Source of the DNA: an uncultured Acidobacteriota bacterium | Lineage (GTDB): Bacteria; Acidobacteriota; Terriglobia; Terriglobales; Acidobacteriaceae | DNA length: 64,000 nt | Direction of reading: 5' to 3' | Assembly (NCBI GenBank): GCA_963821145.1 | Contig: CAWGCV010000009.1 | Location: 36,412 to 100,411 of the forward strand | Part shown: in pieces, positions 1 to 8,775 of the stretch | Layout of the letters: every line of letters starts with the position of its first letter | How positions within the stretch are numbered: the stretch's first letter is position 1 | Notes under the pieces: model-generated | Seen by the model: only the letters and a program-made list of their open reading frames with translations | Told to the model about the DNA's origin: nothing | Database searches by the model: none | Program-made: the position numbers and the translations under genes

Positions 1-401
1 TGTTGCAAATCTCCAATCGTTGCGGCACCTTCGCATTTGTTGTGCTCGCGCATTTTGAACTGCGTAATCAGCTGGCAAAGATTTTGATAGCCTGCACGAG
101 ATTCGCACAGCAACGGCAGGCGCACTGGTTCTGGAACAGGCTGGTGCGGTAGCCATACAGGAGGCGTCAGCCGTGACCCGAAACTGGAAACTGCAATCTC
201 CGCTCCTATATGCGCTCGAACACTATTTAGCTTAGCGCTGGTATGGAAGCGTGCGGAGCCGTAGACACCGTTGCGATCTAGCATCCCCATCGCGGGCATT
301 TCTAATTCGACAGCCCGTTCGACCAGCCCTTCTGGTTGCGATGCGCCTTCAAGAAAGCTGAAAGCGCTGGCAGCGTGCAGTTCTACATATCGCTCAGTCA
401 T
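1..401 (-). CDS. dnaE2: Error-prone DNA polymerase III alpha subunit DnaE2 (ImuC), N-terminal fragment; the gene continues past the window start
   Basis: My reverse-strand translation from ATG 401-399 gives MTERYVELHAASAFSFLEGASQPEGLVERAVELEMPAMGMLDRNGVYG..., a PHP-domain N-terminus typical of DnaE2. The frame is open to position 1. The start lies 2 nt from the imuB stop (394-396). It is the third gene in imuA-imuB-dnaE2 order. It is absent from the ORF track because the window edge truncates it. Confidence 0.85.
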   Translation of the reverse strand, partial: MTERYVELHAASAFSFLEGASQPEGLVERAVELEMPAMGMLDRNGVYGSARFHTSAKLNSVRAHIGAEIAVSSFGSRLTPPVWLPHQPVPEPVRLPLLCESRAGYQNLCQLITQFKMREHNKCEGAATIGDLQ

Positions 402-1920
402 ACAGCGCCACCATCTCCCAGCAATTCCTCGCTACATCGCGGACGATGCAGCCGCACAACAAGCTGCCATCCGCGGAACGCGCTACGATGTCCCACTGCT
501 CCACATTCCACAATTCCGGATTCCACCAATCCCCACTTGTGCGCCATGGGCCATAAGCTTTCTCGATGATGTAGCGTTTCTTTTGCAGAAAGAATGAAGC
601 CGGCCGTTCATTCTGCAATGTCACGGAAATATTTTCGGGTGGACGAAACTGCCGCAACGCAACTCGTGGCTGAGTAACAGCCGTCTCGGCGACATTTTTT
701 GCAATGACTTCGAAAGGCTCCATACGAAATTCATTGGGCTGATGGGTATCGCGCAGGACGGCTCGTCCCACGCATTCTTCGCCAACAATAGCGCGGATGC
801 GCGCCAGCGTGACATCCAGGCGACCGGGCTCAGGCAGTTGGGGAGAAAACAATCCCATCTGCACCTTGCTGGTGCTTCCCGGTTCCGCTGTCAGCGTCAG
901 CGAAAGAATAGATGCCGACGGCGGATGAGCCTCGAGATCCAGGTGCAGTAGTTTGATCCAGAATTGGCGATCGTTCGTCGGCAACGCGGGTCGCACCGTT
1001 CGCGTATGCGACCCACCCCCCTCCAGACGAAAAACAATTGTTAGCGCAGCTAGCGCCAGCATCCTTGAAGTGGCGCGCAGGATGAGTTGCTCCAGCATCA
1101 CCCCCACAACAAACAACAGAGAATCCAGAATTTCTACCGGCGAATCCAGCTCGCGATACTCTTCCAATGTGCTCGCAGGTTCGACCGGCAGAAACAGATG
1201 CGGCAGATTTCCCAGTGCCAACTGGCGAAGACGTTTGCCCTCCTGTCCCATCCGCGCAATCAAATCTTTTTCAGGCAGAGCCGCCAACATTCCCAGTGTG
1301 CGGATTCCCCATAAAGAAAACTTTTCAGCCTGCTCTTCAGAAAGAGTCAGTACTGAGAGCGGAAGCAGAGCCAGAGCAGCGCTTTCCGCACCCGACTGAA
1401 TGACAGTTGTCGAAATGTTGGCAGACATGCCACGCGCAAGACAGATCGCCGCATGAAAATTCTTGCTAACTGCAACCGACGCCGTGATACCCAACGCCTT
1501 GACACGATTTTTTAATTTCTCTGCCAATGTGGCAGCGAGGCCAAATAGTTTCTCGGTCCCCGCGATATCAAGAACACAGAGAAATGCCGTCTCCGTGCTC
1601 GCTTCTTCTACTCTGGGAGTGAAACTCCCCGCGCATTCCAGTAACGCTATTCGTGTTGCAGCTTCTTCCTGCAGGGAACGCGGCAACACTGTGACCGAAG
1701 GAAATGTCTCTATCTCTACGAGAGTCATTCCCGTAAGAACGCCAAGGCGGCGCGCTTTTGTGTTCATCGAGCAAACCTGCTGCAGCGGAGGCTCACCTTC
1801 CATCACTGCGCACGGCATCTCCTGTAACTCTGGTCGAAGTCGCAGTAAGGATTGCGCAGCAAATTCCTTTACGTACAGGCAGGCGTACAGTTCTTGAGGG
1901 TTCATCGTTGCGCCGCCCAT
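394..1920 (-). CDS. imuB: ImuB, catalytically inactive Y-family DNA polymerase homologue
   Basis: 508-aa ORF with a Y-family polymerase-like N-terminus (LYACLYVKEFAAQSLLRLRPEL..VCSMNTKARRLGV..GMTL). The usual acidic catalytic motif is not evident, as expected for ImuB. It lies between imuA and dnaE2. An ATGA overlap with the imuA stop makes ATG 1905 a likely true start. Confidence 0.85.
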   Translation of the reverse strand: MGGATMNPQELYACLYVKEFAAQSLLRLRPELQEMPCAVMEGEPPLQQVCSMNTKARRLGVLTGMTLVEIETFPSVTVLPRSLQEEAATRIALLECAGSFTPRVEEASTETAFLCVLDIAGTEKLFGLAATLAEKLKNRVKALGITASVAVSKNFHAAICLARGMSANISTTVIQSGAESAALALLPLSVLTLSEEQAEKFSLWGIRTLGMLAALPEKDLIARMGQEGKRLRQLALGNLPHLFLPVEPASTLEEYRELDSPVEILDSLLFVVGVMLEQLILRATSRMLALAALTIVFRLEGGGSHTRTVRPALPTNDRQFWIKLLHLDLEAHPPSASILSLTLTAEPGSTSKVQMGLFSPQLPEPGRLDVTLARIRAIVGEECVGRAVLRDTHQPNEFRMEPFEVIAKNVAETAVTQPRVALRQFRPPENISVTLQNERPASFFLQKKRYIIEKAYGPWRTSGDWWNPELWNVEQWDIVARSADGSLLCGCIVRDVARNCWEMVALYD

Positions 1921-2942
1921 GTTGTTTCGCTCTGCCAGTGTGCGCAGCGCTCGCGTTGTGGCGGCTTACGCAACGGGACAACTTTGGCCGGCATCGGCTG
2001 GAAACGCTCTCGTGTAACTGCCACCCCATGCTGCACACCCGAAAAAACAGTCGCTTCTTTCTGCAGCGCGTGGGCGGTCTGCATATGCATCACCAGTTCA
2101 GCACTGCTTTTCGCGCAGGCTCGCTGTGTCAGCAAAAGAAGGCTTGTCTGGCTGTGTTCCGCAGCCGCGCGATAGCGGAACCATGTTGCCAATGGCACTC
2201 GCAAAGAAAATTCAGGCGCTAGGCTGGCCATATCCAGCACAATCGCGCTGAAGCCGCCAGCCTGTAAAAGAAGATCCGTTACTCGAAGTGCCTGCTCAAT
2301 TCTTGCCCATGGCTTGGCAGGGTTGACTGGTGCCATTTGTCTTCGCGAGCCGGCGACCGGATGAGGCTCAAGCGTAGATTTTTCTGTCCGCGGCTTTGCC
2401 TGCGAACCTGCATCTTCCAACCGCCTTGTCTCATCCCTGAAAAAATTATGAAGAGCATCGGGCAATCCCTTTCCCTCTCCTCGCGGATGTGGACCGAAAC
2501 CACCGCCATGCAGCCCTTTCATAATCGGCGAGGGAACCAGGTATTTTCCTGGAAGGACAAATGTATTTTTAGAAATTTGCCGTGAGTTATTTTTAGTTGT
2601 GACGCCGCATCGTACCCACAGCATCCGATCAAGATCGACGCCCGATGCAGCTGCGGATTCAGGATGAAGGGCATCCGAGACATCAATCCACGCACATACT
2701 TTGGCATCTCGTGTGATACCAGCAAGAAATAAAAATACCAGCGCGGTTCGACCGGAACACTCCGGACCAACAATCTCCGTGATTGCGCCAACGGGAAGGC
2801 CACCCTCCAGAACCTGGTCAAGTGTCTGAATACCGGTAGCTACAACCGGGCGAATGATCCTCTGCACGGGAGTCAGCGCAGATGGAATTCTGTGTGCCAG
2901 AGAAGCTTCAATTTTGGCGCGAAGGATGGCTGCAGTCGGCAT
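1902..2942 (-). CDS. imuA: ImuA, RecA/SulA-like SOS cell-division-inhibitor-family protein of the mutagenesis cassette
   Basis: 346-aa ORF with a RecA-like core (LDQVLEGGLPVGAITEIVGPECSGRTALVFLFLAG..WIDVSDALHPESAA..GVDLDRMLWVR). It is the first gene of the cassette. It carries an extra low-complexity stretch (TTKNNSRQ...PVNPAKPW), so it is longer than typical ImuA. Confidence 0.8.
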   Translation of the reverse strand: MPTAAILRAKIEASLAHRIPSALTPVQRIIRPVVATGIQTLDQVLEGGLPVGAITEIVGPECSGRTALVFLFLAGITRDAKVCAWIDVSDALHPESAAASGVDLDRMLWVRCGVTTKNNSRQISKNTFVLPGKYLVPSPIMKGLHGGGFGPHPRGEGKGLPDALHNFFRDETRRLEDAGSQAKPRTEKSTLEPHPVAGSRRQMAPVNPAKPWARIEQALRVTDLLLQAGGFSAIVLDMASLAPEFSLRVPLATWFRYRAAAEHSQTSLLLLTQRACAKSSAELVMHMQTAHALQKEATVFSGVQHGVAVTRERFQPMPAKVVPLRKPPQRERCAHWQSETTWAAQR

Positions 2943-3277
2943 AGGCTATCTTCGTCTTATGTTCGCCTATTTGCCCGGATATTTGTCAATCATGATCTGC
3001 TGCACTCTTGGTGCAATACCCCGCAGGCAACAGATACATAAGGCTTTATTTACCTAATCCTTTCAGGACTCTTGCCCTGCTTTTGAGGCACCCATTCTTA
3101 ATAGGGTCTCTGAAAGGGCAAATTCCACTTCTCTTCCAGATCGCTCGAAGTATGCAAAATTTTAAGATTCTGCACGTGGAAATTTCCTTCTCGTTTTGCT
3201 TTCAACTCCAATCACTGTTCCTGCAAATCGCGAAACTCGAGGCATCTATTTCATAGCTGAAGGCGTCTTCTGAACTC

Positions 3278-3787
3278 ATGCAGGCCCCCACAACGACAAA
3301 GCCAAAAGCAATCTTCGTCGCGTGGCTGGCTATCTTTCTTATGTCGGCAGAATGGATCCTGTTAGTTGCCGGCACTCACATCCACGAAATGATTGTGGGA
3401 GCAGCATCCGTTCTTGCCTCCGGCGCATTTTTGTTCGTTGTTCACCGGTCCAGCACACTTCACACCGATTTTTGCCTCTCCGACATCGCAAAAGGCTGGC
3501 GCATTCCCTGGTATGTGGTCAGCGATATTTTTGTCATTACCCTCGTACTATTGAAAGATCTTTTCGGCATTGAAAAAGCGAAATCGCTCTTTCGCGTCTC
3601 TGGATTTCAAACTGGGAAAGAAGATCCAGTTCTTGTGGCGCGCCGTGTCCTTGCCATCGCGTATACATCCGCATCTCCCAATGCCATCGTCCTCGGCATC
3701 GATTACACATGCAGCAGAATGCTTTTTCACCAGCTCAAGCGCGCTCCTCTTCCTCAGATGACAGATGATCTCGGTGCGAAATCATGA
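3278..3787 (+). CDS. mrpE: Monovalent cation/H+ antiporter subunit E (MrpE/MnhE-like)
   Basis: 169-aa membrane protein and first gene of a tightly coupled 7-gene operon (4-nt overlaps with neighbours). The C-terminal pattern ..TSASPNAIVLGIDYTCSRMLFHQL.. fits MnhE. Position and size match MrpE/MbhA. Confidence 0.7.
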   Translation: MQAPTTTKPKAIFVAWLAIFLMSAEWILLVAGTHIHEMIVGAASVLASGAFLFVVHRSSTLHTDFCLSDIAKGWRIPWYVVSDIFVITLVLLKDLFGIEKAKSLFRVSGFQTGKEDPVLVARRVLAIAYTSASPNAIVLGIDYTCSRMLFHQLKRAPLPQMTDDLGAKS

Positions 3788-4035
3788 ACCCCTGGTTGAT
3801 TGCCGGCATGTCAGTTTCTGCAACACTGGTTCCCTGCGCGGCAATGTGTTTGCACGGTTCTCCTGAACGCCGCCTGGTCGGATTGGAAATGACAAGCCTG
3901 GTGGTCACCATCGCAATGGTGATGTTTGCCGTCGGCTATGGCCGTGCTCCTTTCGTTGATATACCTCTGGCACTCGCCATCCTCTCTTTCGGTGGAGGGC
4001 TTGTGTTTGCGCGTTTCCTGGGAAAACATTTGTGA
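3784..4035 (+). CDS. mrpF: Monovalent cation/H+ antiporter subunit F (MrpF/MnhF-like)
   Basis: 83-aa protein with three predicted TM helices (..LVGLEMTSLVVTIAMVMFAVGYG..IPLALAILSFGGGLVFARFL). It has start/stop overlaps on both sides. Size and position match MrpF. Confidence 0.7.
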   Translation: MNPWLIAGMSVSATLVPCAAMCLHGSPERRLVGLEMTSLVVTIAMVMFAVGYGRAPFVDIPLALAILSFGGGLVFARFLGKHL

Positions 4036-4376
4036 CCGCTCACTCGATTATCGAAAATTGTTTTCTCGTCCTGGTGGTGCTGGCATGTTGGCTGGGGGCA
4101 ATCGGCATGTGGCGCATGCGAACTCCAGTACAGGCGCTGCATTATCTTTCGTTGCCGGCGACTGTGGGCGCATTTGCGTTGGTCATCGCTGTTTTTTTGG
4201 CCGACGGTGCCAACCAGGCTTTCTGGAAAACGCTTTTGATTGCTTGTATTTTGTTCGCCACCAATTCTGTCGTAGCGCACGCCACCGCCCGTTCCTTCCG
4301 AGCTCGCGATCTGGGGCATTGGGAGCCATTGGACGGCGATCCCTTCGAATTCGTCCGTGACACGGAGAAAAAATGA
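4032..4376 (+). CDS. mrpG: Monovalent cation/H+ antiporter subunit G (MrpG/MnhG-like)
   Basis: 114-aa membrane protein (..WLGAIGMWRMRTPVQALHYLSLPATVGAFALVIAVFL..). It resembles the MnhG RxR..H...G pattern. It follows mrpF with a 4-nt overlap. Confidence 0.7.
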   Translation: MTAHSIIENCFLVLVVLACWLGAIGMWRMRTPVQALHYLSLPATVGAFALVIAVFLADGANQAFWKTLLIACILFATNSVVAHATARSFRARDLGHWEPLDGDPFEFVRDTEKK

Positions 4377-4651
4377 TCTGGTTTGGTGCAGCACTCATGC
4401 TACTGGTCGCCGTCTCAGGGTTCCTGGTCGTACAAACTCGCGACGTCACAGCCCAGGTGATTGCGCTGGGATTCTACGGCCTATTGATGGCGCTGGTATT
4501 TTTCTTCTTCCAGGCTCCTGATGTCGCACTGTCTCAGGTGACCGTTGGAGCAATCGCACTGCCCTTAATGGTGATGCTGGCGATATCGCGCATGAGGTTC
4601 CGCAGCGCGCATTCCCAGTCCGCCGATACCAAGGGGGATAAGCATGACTGA
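4373..4651 (+). CDS. DUF4040 / MbhD-like small membrane subunit (equivalent to the C-terminal part of MrpA)
   Basis: 92-aa protein with FFFFQAPDVALSQVTVGAIALPLMV, the APDVAL(T/S)..VG motif of MrpA-C/MbhD-type subunits. It is embedded in the mrp operon. Confidence 0.65.
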   Translation: MIWFGAALMLLVAVSGFLVVQTRDVTAQVIALGFYGLLMALVFFFFQAPDVALSQVTVGAIALPLMVMLAISRMRFRSAHSQSADTKGDKHD

Positions 4652-5393
4652 ACGCATGCGTATCCGCATCTTTCTGATCGCCGGCTGCATTTTTTTTGGA
4701 CTGTACTGCTATGCCAGCCTGAACATGCCGCCCTGGGGACACTACCGCGGTCCCTACGGAGACGCTATTGCACGCGTCGCCGTCTACGAACGCCATGCAA
4801 CCGATGTCGTGAACGCGATCAATTACGATTATCGCGGCTTCGATACGCTGGGTGAGGAGTTCATCCTGTTTACCGCCGTTTTGGGCGTGATGATGTTGTT
4901 GCGTCGGGAAGAAGGTGTTCCAACGCGTTCGGTCGGCAAAGTGGAAGACGACTCCAAGCTCAGTTCTACCGTCCGCGTGATGTGCCGTCCGGCAATAATG
5001 GTCTCGCTGGTATTCGGTTTCTATATCGGTTTGCATGGGCAGCTAACCCCCGGCGGCGGCTTTCAGGCTGGAGTGATTCTTGCGGCGGTGCCATTCCTGA
5101 TCTACGTGTGTGAGAACGTCAAGGCATTCGAACGTGTCACGTCCCATGCAGTAGTTGAAGTGATTGAGGCGATCGGAGCGGGCTCGTATGCGCTGATCGG
5201 CATTGCCTCTTTATTTTTTGGTGTTCCGTTGCTGACCAATATTCTTCCGCTGGGAAAGGCTGGAGATGTGTTCTCCGCCGGCAATATTGCACTGATCAGC
5301 GCCTGTGTCGGAGTCGAGGTGACAGCGGCGTTTCTCCTGGTTGGCTATACCTATCTGCAGGAAATTATCACAGGCGAATTGCCGGAGAAATAG
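4644..5393 (+). CDS. mrpB: Monovalent cation/H+ antiporter subunit B (MrpB/MnhB-like)
   Basis: 249-aa protein with DVVNAINYDYRGFDTLGEEFILFTAVLGVMMLL and TPGGGFQAGVILAA, both characteristic MnhB motifs. Confidence 0.8.
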   Translation: MTERMRIRIFLIAGCIFFGLYCYASLNMPPWGHYRGPYGDAIARVAVYERHATDVVNAINYDYRGFDTLGEEFILFTAVLGVMMLLRREEGVPTRSVGKVEDDSKLSSTVRVMCRPAIMVSLVFGFYIGLHGQLTPGGGFQAGVILAAVPFLIYVCENVKAFERVTSHAVVEVIEAIGAGSYALIGIASLFFGVPLLTNILPLGKAGDVFSAGNIALISACVGVEVTAAFLLVGYTYLQEIITGELPEK

Positions 5394-5396
5394 CGT

Positions 5397-5753
5397 ATGC
5401 CGCACATCTTAGATTCACTTCCATACTTTGTCTCAGCGTGGCTTTTCGTTTGCGGCCTGTACGGCATCGTCACCAGTCGCCATCTGGTGCATATGGTTGT
5501 CTGCCTGGCAATCTTGCAAAGCTCTACCTACATGCTGCTGCTCAGCATTGGATATCGGATCGGAGGTGCGGCACCGATATTTGCGGATATCTCTCCCAGT
5601 AGAGTGGTCGTGGATCCCGTGGTGCAGGCGCTGATGCTGACCGATGTTGTCGTCGAGGCCGTGGTGGTCGCGCTTTTGCTTGCGATGGTGGTCAAAGCTT
5701 ACGAGAAATCTGGCTGCACGTCACCGGCGGATCTAAGAATGATGCGGGGATAA
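5397..5753 (+). CDS. mrpC: Monovalent cation/H+ antiporter subunit C (MrpC/MnhC, NuoK-like)
   Basis: 118-aa three-TM protein (..LFVCGLYGIVTSRHLVHMVVCLAILQSSTYMLLLSIGY..VQALMLTDVVVEAVVVALLLAM), NuoK/MnhC-like. Operon position matches. Confidence 0.8.
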   Translation: MPHILDSLPYFVSAWLFVCGLYGIVTSRHLVHMVVCLAILQSSTYMLLLSIGYRIGGAAPIFADISPSRVVVDPVVQALMLTDVVVEAVVVALLLAMVVKAYEKSGCTSPADLRMMRG

Positions 5754-5764
5754 CCGTCGACCTC

Positions 5765-7582
5765 ATGTCTGGGCCCTCCCCACTTACGCCGTTGCCCGTA
5801 GCTGTACCTTTGCTTGGCGCGGCCGTGCTCGCGGCTTTACGAAAATGGTTAGGTCGCACGCTTTCTGATAGTTTGGGCATCCTGTTTGCGGCGGTCACGC
5901 TCGTCCTGTGTTCCTTGTTATTGGTCCATGCGACTCACGGAACCACAGTCTATTGGTTTGGCAATTGGTATCCACGCGGCTCCATGGTGATTGGAATCGG
6001 CTTCGTCGTCGATATCATTGGTGCTGGGCTGGCGACGCTAGCGGCGTTACTTACGTTTCTCGCCTTATTGTTTTCCTGGCGATTCATCGACTCCGGCAGC
6101 AATCATTTCCAACCGCTCATGCTCGTGTTTCTGGCGGCCATGTGTGGCTTTTCCCTGACGGGAGATCTGTTCAACCTGTTTGTCTTTTTCGAACTGATGA
6201 GTACCGCTGCCTTTGCGTTATGCGGTTTGAAGACTGCCGAGCCTGCACCTTTGCAAGGATCCTTCAACTTCGCTGTTACCAATACGATTGCGGCTTTTTT
6301 GATTTTGACGGGCATCGCACTCCTGTATGCGATGACTGGCGCGCTGAATATGGCGCAGATTGGGCTTGCGCTTGGAGCGCGGCATGATCCGCTGGTTTTG
6401 TTTGCTTTCACGCTGCTCACTTGCGGATTCCTGATCAAAGGCGCAATTGTTCCATTTCACTTGTGGCTCCCGGATGCTCATGCGGTCGCTCCCACCCCGG
6501 TGTGCGTTTTATTTTCAGGCTTGATGGTGGAACTGGGACTATACGCGGTGGTGCGCCTGCATTCCGTAATTTTTGCGGAAGCGCTGGCCTCCCATAGCTC
6601 TCGGCTGCGTTGGATTTTGATTCTCTTTGCCGCCACCAGCGTGGTGATCAGTGGACTGATGTGTTATTCCGAACACCATCTGAAACGGTTGCTCGCTTTT
6701 TCAACGGTATGCCATGCCAGCCTGATGCTGCTCGCCTTCGCCATGCTGGGTCCACTGGCAATCGCGGCGATGCTGACCTATTTGCTGGGGCATGCCCTTA
6801 TCAAGTCCGGACTTTTCTTTGTGTCTGGAATGATGCTGCACCGGCTGCGATCCATCAATGAGCGAATTCTATTTGGCAAAGGAGTGAAACTGCGCTGGAC
6901 TGCAGGATTGTGGTTTCTCGGAGCAATCGGGTTGGCAGCTGCTCCTCCGTTCAGTTTGATGCTGGGCGAAGCTGGAGCCACGCGAGCCGCTGAGTTGGCG
7001 GGTGTGCATGGAATCTGGATCTTGTTTGTATTTGGCGGTGCCATCACTTCCGCAGCGGTGTTCCGTGTGGGTGCCCATACCTTCCTCGGCTGGGGCGGTC
7101 CACCGGCAACGGACAGGTCTGCAGAAATTGGCGAGCTTCCCGAGACGAAGCCAGAGGAGAAAAAGATCTTCTGGTACCACTTTTCCCCGGCCGCGGTGTG
7201 CATCCTGGGAGCTTTGGTGCTAACGTTTGTGCCCGTATGGCTGCAGGTTCTTCGCAATGGAGCCGCCGCGCTTGCCAGTCAGCCTGCTTATCTGCACACC
7301 GTGTACACAGGTCAGAACGTTGCCATCACACAGCCCTCGTGGCGACAGGCTTTCCCCTCGGCGGCGCTGCATGGAGCCCTCGCACTTCTGCTGGCTATTC
7401 TGCTGGCGGCAAATTCGGTCTTCCGGCTTCGGTTTCCACGAGGGTTTCGCTTAGGGCCATTTCTTGAACGCGGACTCCGTCCATTACGGACCATGCAGAG
7501 TGGTCATCCCGGAGACTACGTCATGTGGATTACGGTCGGGCTGGCTGTTTTCGGCCTCTCCGTTCAGGTTCTGCTGCGCTGA
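5765..7582 (+). CDS. mrpD: Antiporter-like large subunit (MrpD / NuoL-NuoN family proton-conducting membrane transporter) with a C-terminal extension
   Basis: 605-aa polytopic protein with NLFVFFELMSTAAFALCG and IKGAIVPFHLWLPDAHAVAPTPVCVLFSGLMVELGLY, the hallmark of the NuoL/M/N-MrpA/D family. It is the only such subunit in the operon. Confidence 0.85.
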   Translation: MSGPSPLTPLPVAVPLLGAAVLAALRKWLGRTLSDSLGILFAAVTLVLCSLLLVHATHGTTVYWFGNWYPRGSMVIGIGFVVDIIGAGLATLAALLTFLALLFSWRFIDSGSNHFQPLMLVFLAAMCGFSLTGDLFNLFVFFELMSTAAFALCGLKTAEPAPLQGSFNFAVTNTIAAFLILTGIALLYAMTGALNMAQIGLALGARHDPLVLFAFTLLTCGFLIKGAIVPFHLWLPDAHAVAPTPVCVLFSGLMVELGLYAVVRLHSVIFAEALASHSSRLRWILILFAATSVVISGLMCYSEHHLKRLLAFSTVCHASLMLLAFAMLGPLAIAAMLTYLLGHALIKSGLFFVSGMMLHRLRSINERILFGKGVKLRWTAGLWFLGAIGLAAAPPFSLMLGEAGATRAAELAGVHGIWILFVFGGAITSAAVFRVGAHTFLGWGGPPATDRSAEIGELPETKPEEKKIFWYHFSPAAVCILGALVLTFVPVWLQVLRNGAAALASQPAYLHTVYTGQNVAITQPSWRQAFPSAALHGALALLLAILLAANSVFRLRFPRGFRLGPFLERGLRPLRTMQSGHPGDYVMWITVGLAVFGLSVQVLLR

Positions 7583-7738
7583 CTCCATGAAATTCCAACT
7601 TTTCGATCTCCATTTGCCTCGATGAAATCACGTCGGGCCCCGATGAAGCTTGACACTCGCATTCTGGACGATAAAAATTGTTCTTGATTTAAATCGTTTG
7701 AATAAGAACTCACAATCCGCCGGTTTCATTATGGAGGA

Positions 7739-8734
7739 ATGCAGGTGAAACTCTTCAGAATTGGATTTCTCGTATTCGCTTCGACCGTTTTGTTTCTCGG
7801 CATGGGAACGTCTCAAGCCCAACCGCCGTCAACAGATCCAGTAATTGCGAATTCTGCGGAAGCGAATCCGTTCCTTGGCCGATGGGACTTGACTCTGTAT
7901 GCCCCCGACCAGCAGTACTCGTCATGGCTGGAGCTAACAGACAACGGAGGCCAGTTGCAAGGCCGCATGGTTGGACGTTGGGGTAGCGCGCATCCAATTT
8001 TGAACGTCAAGATTCAGAACTCTGTTCTGACCTTCGCCTCGCCGAAAGAAGAAGAAGACACACCAAAGGATATGCCGTTCCAGGCGAAGCTTATCGGTGG
8101 GCGGTTGATGGGAACCATGTCCGGACCGGACGGGACAACCTGGAAGTGGACAGGTGTGCAAGCCCCCTCGTTAGACCGCACCAAGGTTGCAAAGTGGGGC
8201 AAGCCCGTCCAGCTGTTCAACGGAAAAGATACGACGGGCTGGCACTTTGACAGTCCGAGTGCCGCGAATGTCTGGAGCGTGAAAGATGGCGTGCTGGTGA
8301 GCACTGCCCATGGAAGCAACATCATTACAAATCGCAAATTTCGCGATTTTAAGCTGCACGTAGAATTCAATTGCAAACCGGGCTGCAATACCGGAGTGTA
8401 CTTGCGCGGCCGCTATGAAGTACAGATTGCGGACAATGCGGGACAAGACCCGCCAGACCTACAAACTGGCTCCGTCTACGGATTCATCACAGCGTCTCCG
8501 CTGATTCCTCTCCGTCCTGGAACCTGGCATTCGTACGATATCACTCTGATCGGTCGAACCGTGACAGTTGTTGAAGATGGTCAAACCATCATCGACAAGA
8601 AAGAGATCCCCGGGATCACGGGAAGTGCGCTCGACAGTCACGAGGGGCTTCCGGGCCCAATTTATCTGCAGGGAGCTGAGGCTCATGGAGGGTTTTCTTA
8701 CAGGAATCTGGTCATAACTCCAGCGCTGGATTAA
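7739..8734 (+). CDS. Secreted DUF1080 (3-keto-disaccharide hydrolase-like) domain protein
   Basis: Signal peptide (LVFASTVLFLGMGTSQAQ). The C-terminal half has the DUF1080 pattern LFNGKDTTGWH..WSVKDGVL..NIITNRKFRDFKLHVEF..NTGVYLRGRYEVQIADN. GGAGGA lies 6 nt before GTG 7745, which may be the true start. Confidence 0.75.
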   Translation: MQVKLFRIGFLVFASTVLFLGMGTSQAQPPSTDPVIANSAEANPFLGRWDLTLYAPDQQYSSWLELTDNGGQLQGRMVGRWGSAHPILNVKIQNSVLTFASPKEEEDTPKDMPFQAKLIGGRLMGTMSGPDGTTWKWTGVQAPSLDRTKVAKWGKPVQLFNGKDTTGWHFDSPSAANVWSVKDGVLVSTAHGSNIITNRKFRDFKLHVEFNCKPGCNTGVYLRGRYEVQIADNAGQDPPDLQTGSVYGFITASPLIPLRPGTWHSYDITLIGRTVTVVEDGQTIIDKKEIPGITGSALDSHEGLPGPIYLQGAEAHGGFSYRNLVITPALD

Positions 8735-8775
8735 GCTCGTACGCTTGCCGTCGTGAAACAATAGTCGGATCCACG

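Noticed and set aside
2950-2964. CTTC-N7-GTTC direct repeat just upstream of imuA, resembling the alphaproteobacterial GTTC-N7-GTTC LexA box
   Set aside because: It is only a 7/8 match to a motif from a different phylum. It lies 8-22 nt from the start codon, where a ribosome-binding site is expected. I do not know the LexA motif of this lineage, so the evidence is insufficient to call it.
7650-7677. Sigma-70-like promoter TTGACA-16 nt-TAAAAA upstream of the DUF1080 gene, followed by a GTTCTT-N17-AAGAAC dyad (7680-7709)
   Set aside because: The -35 is perfect but the -10 matches only 4/6, and the promoter consensus for this phylum is not established. It is a plausible hint only.
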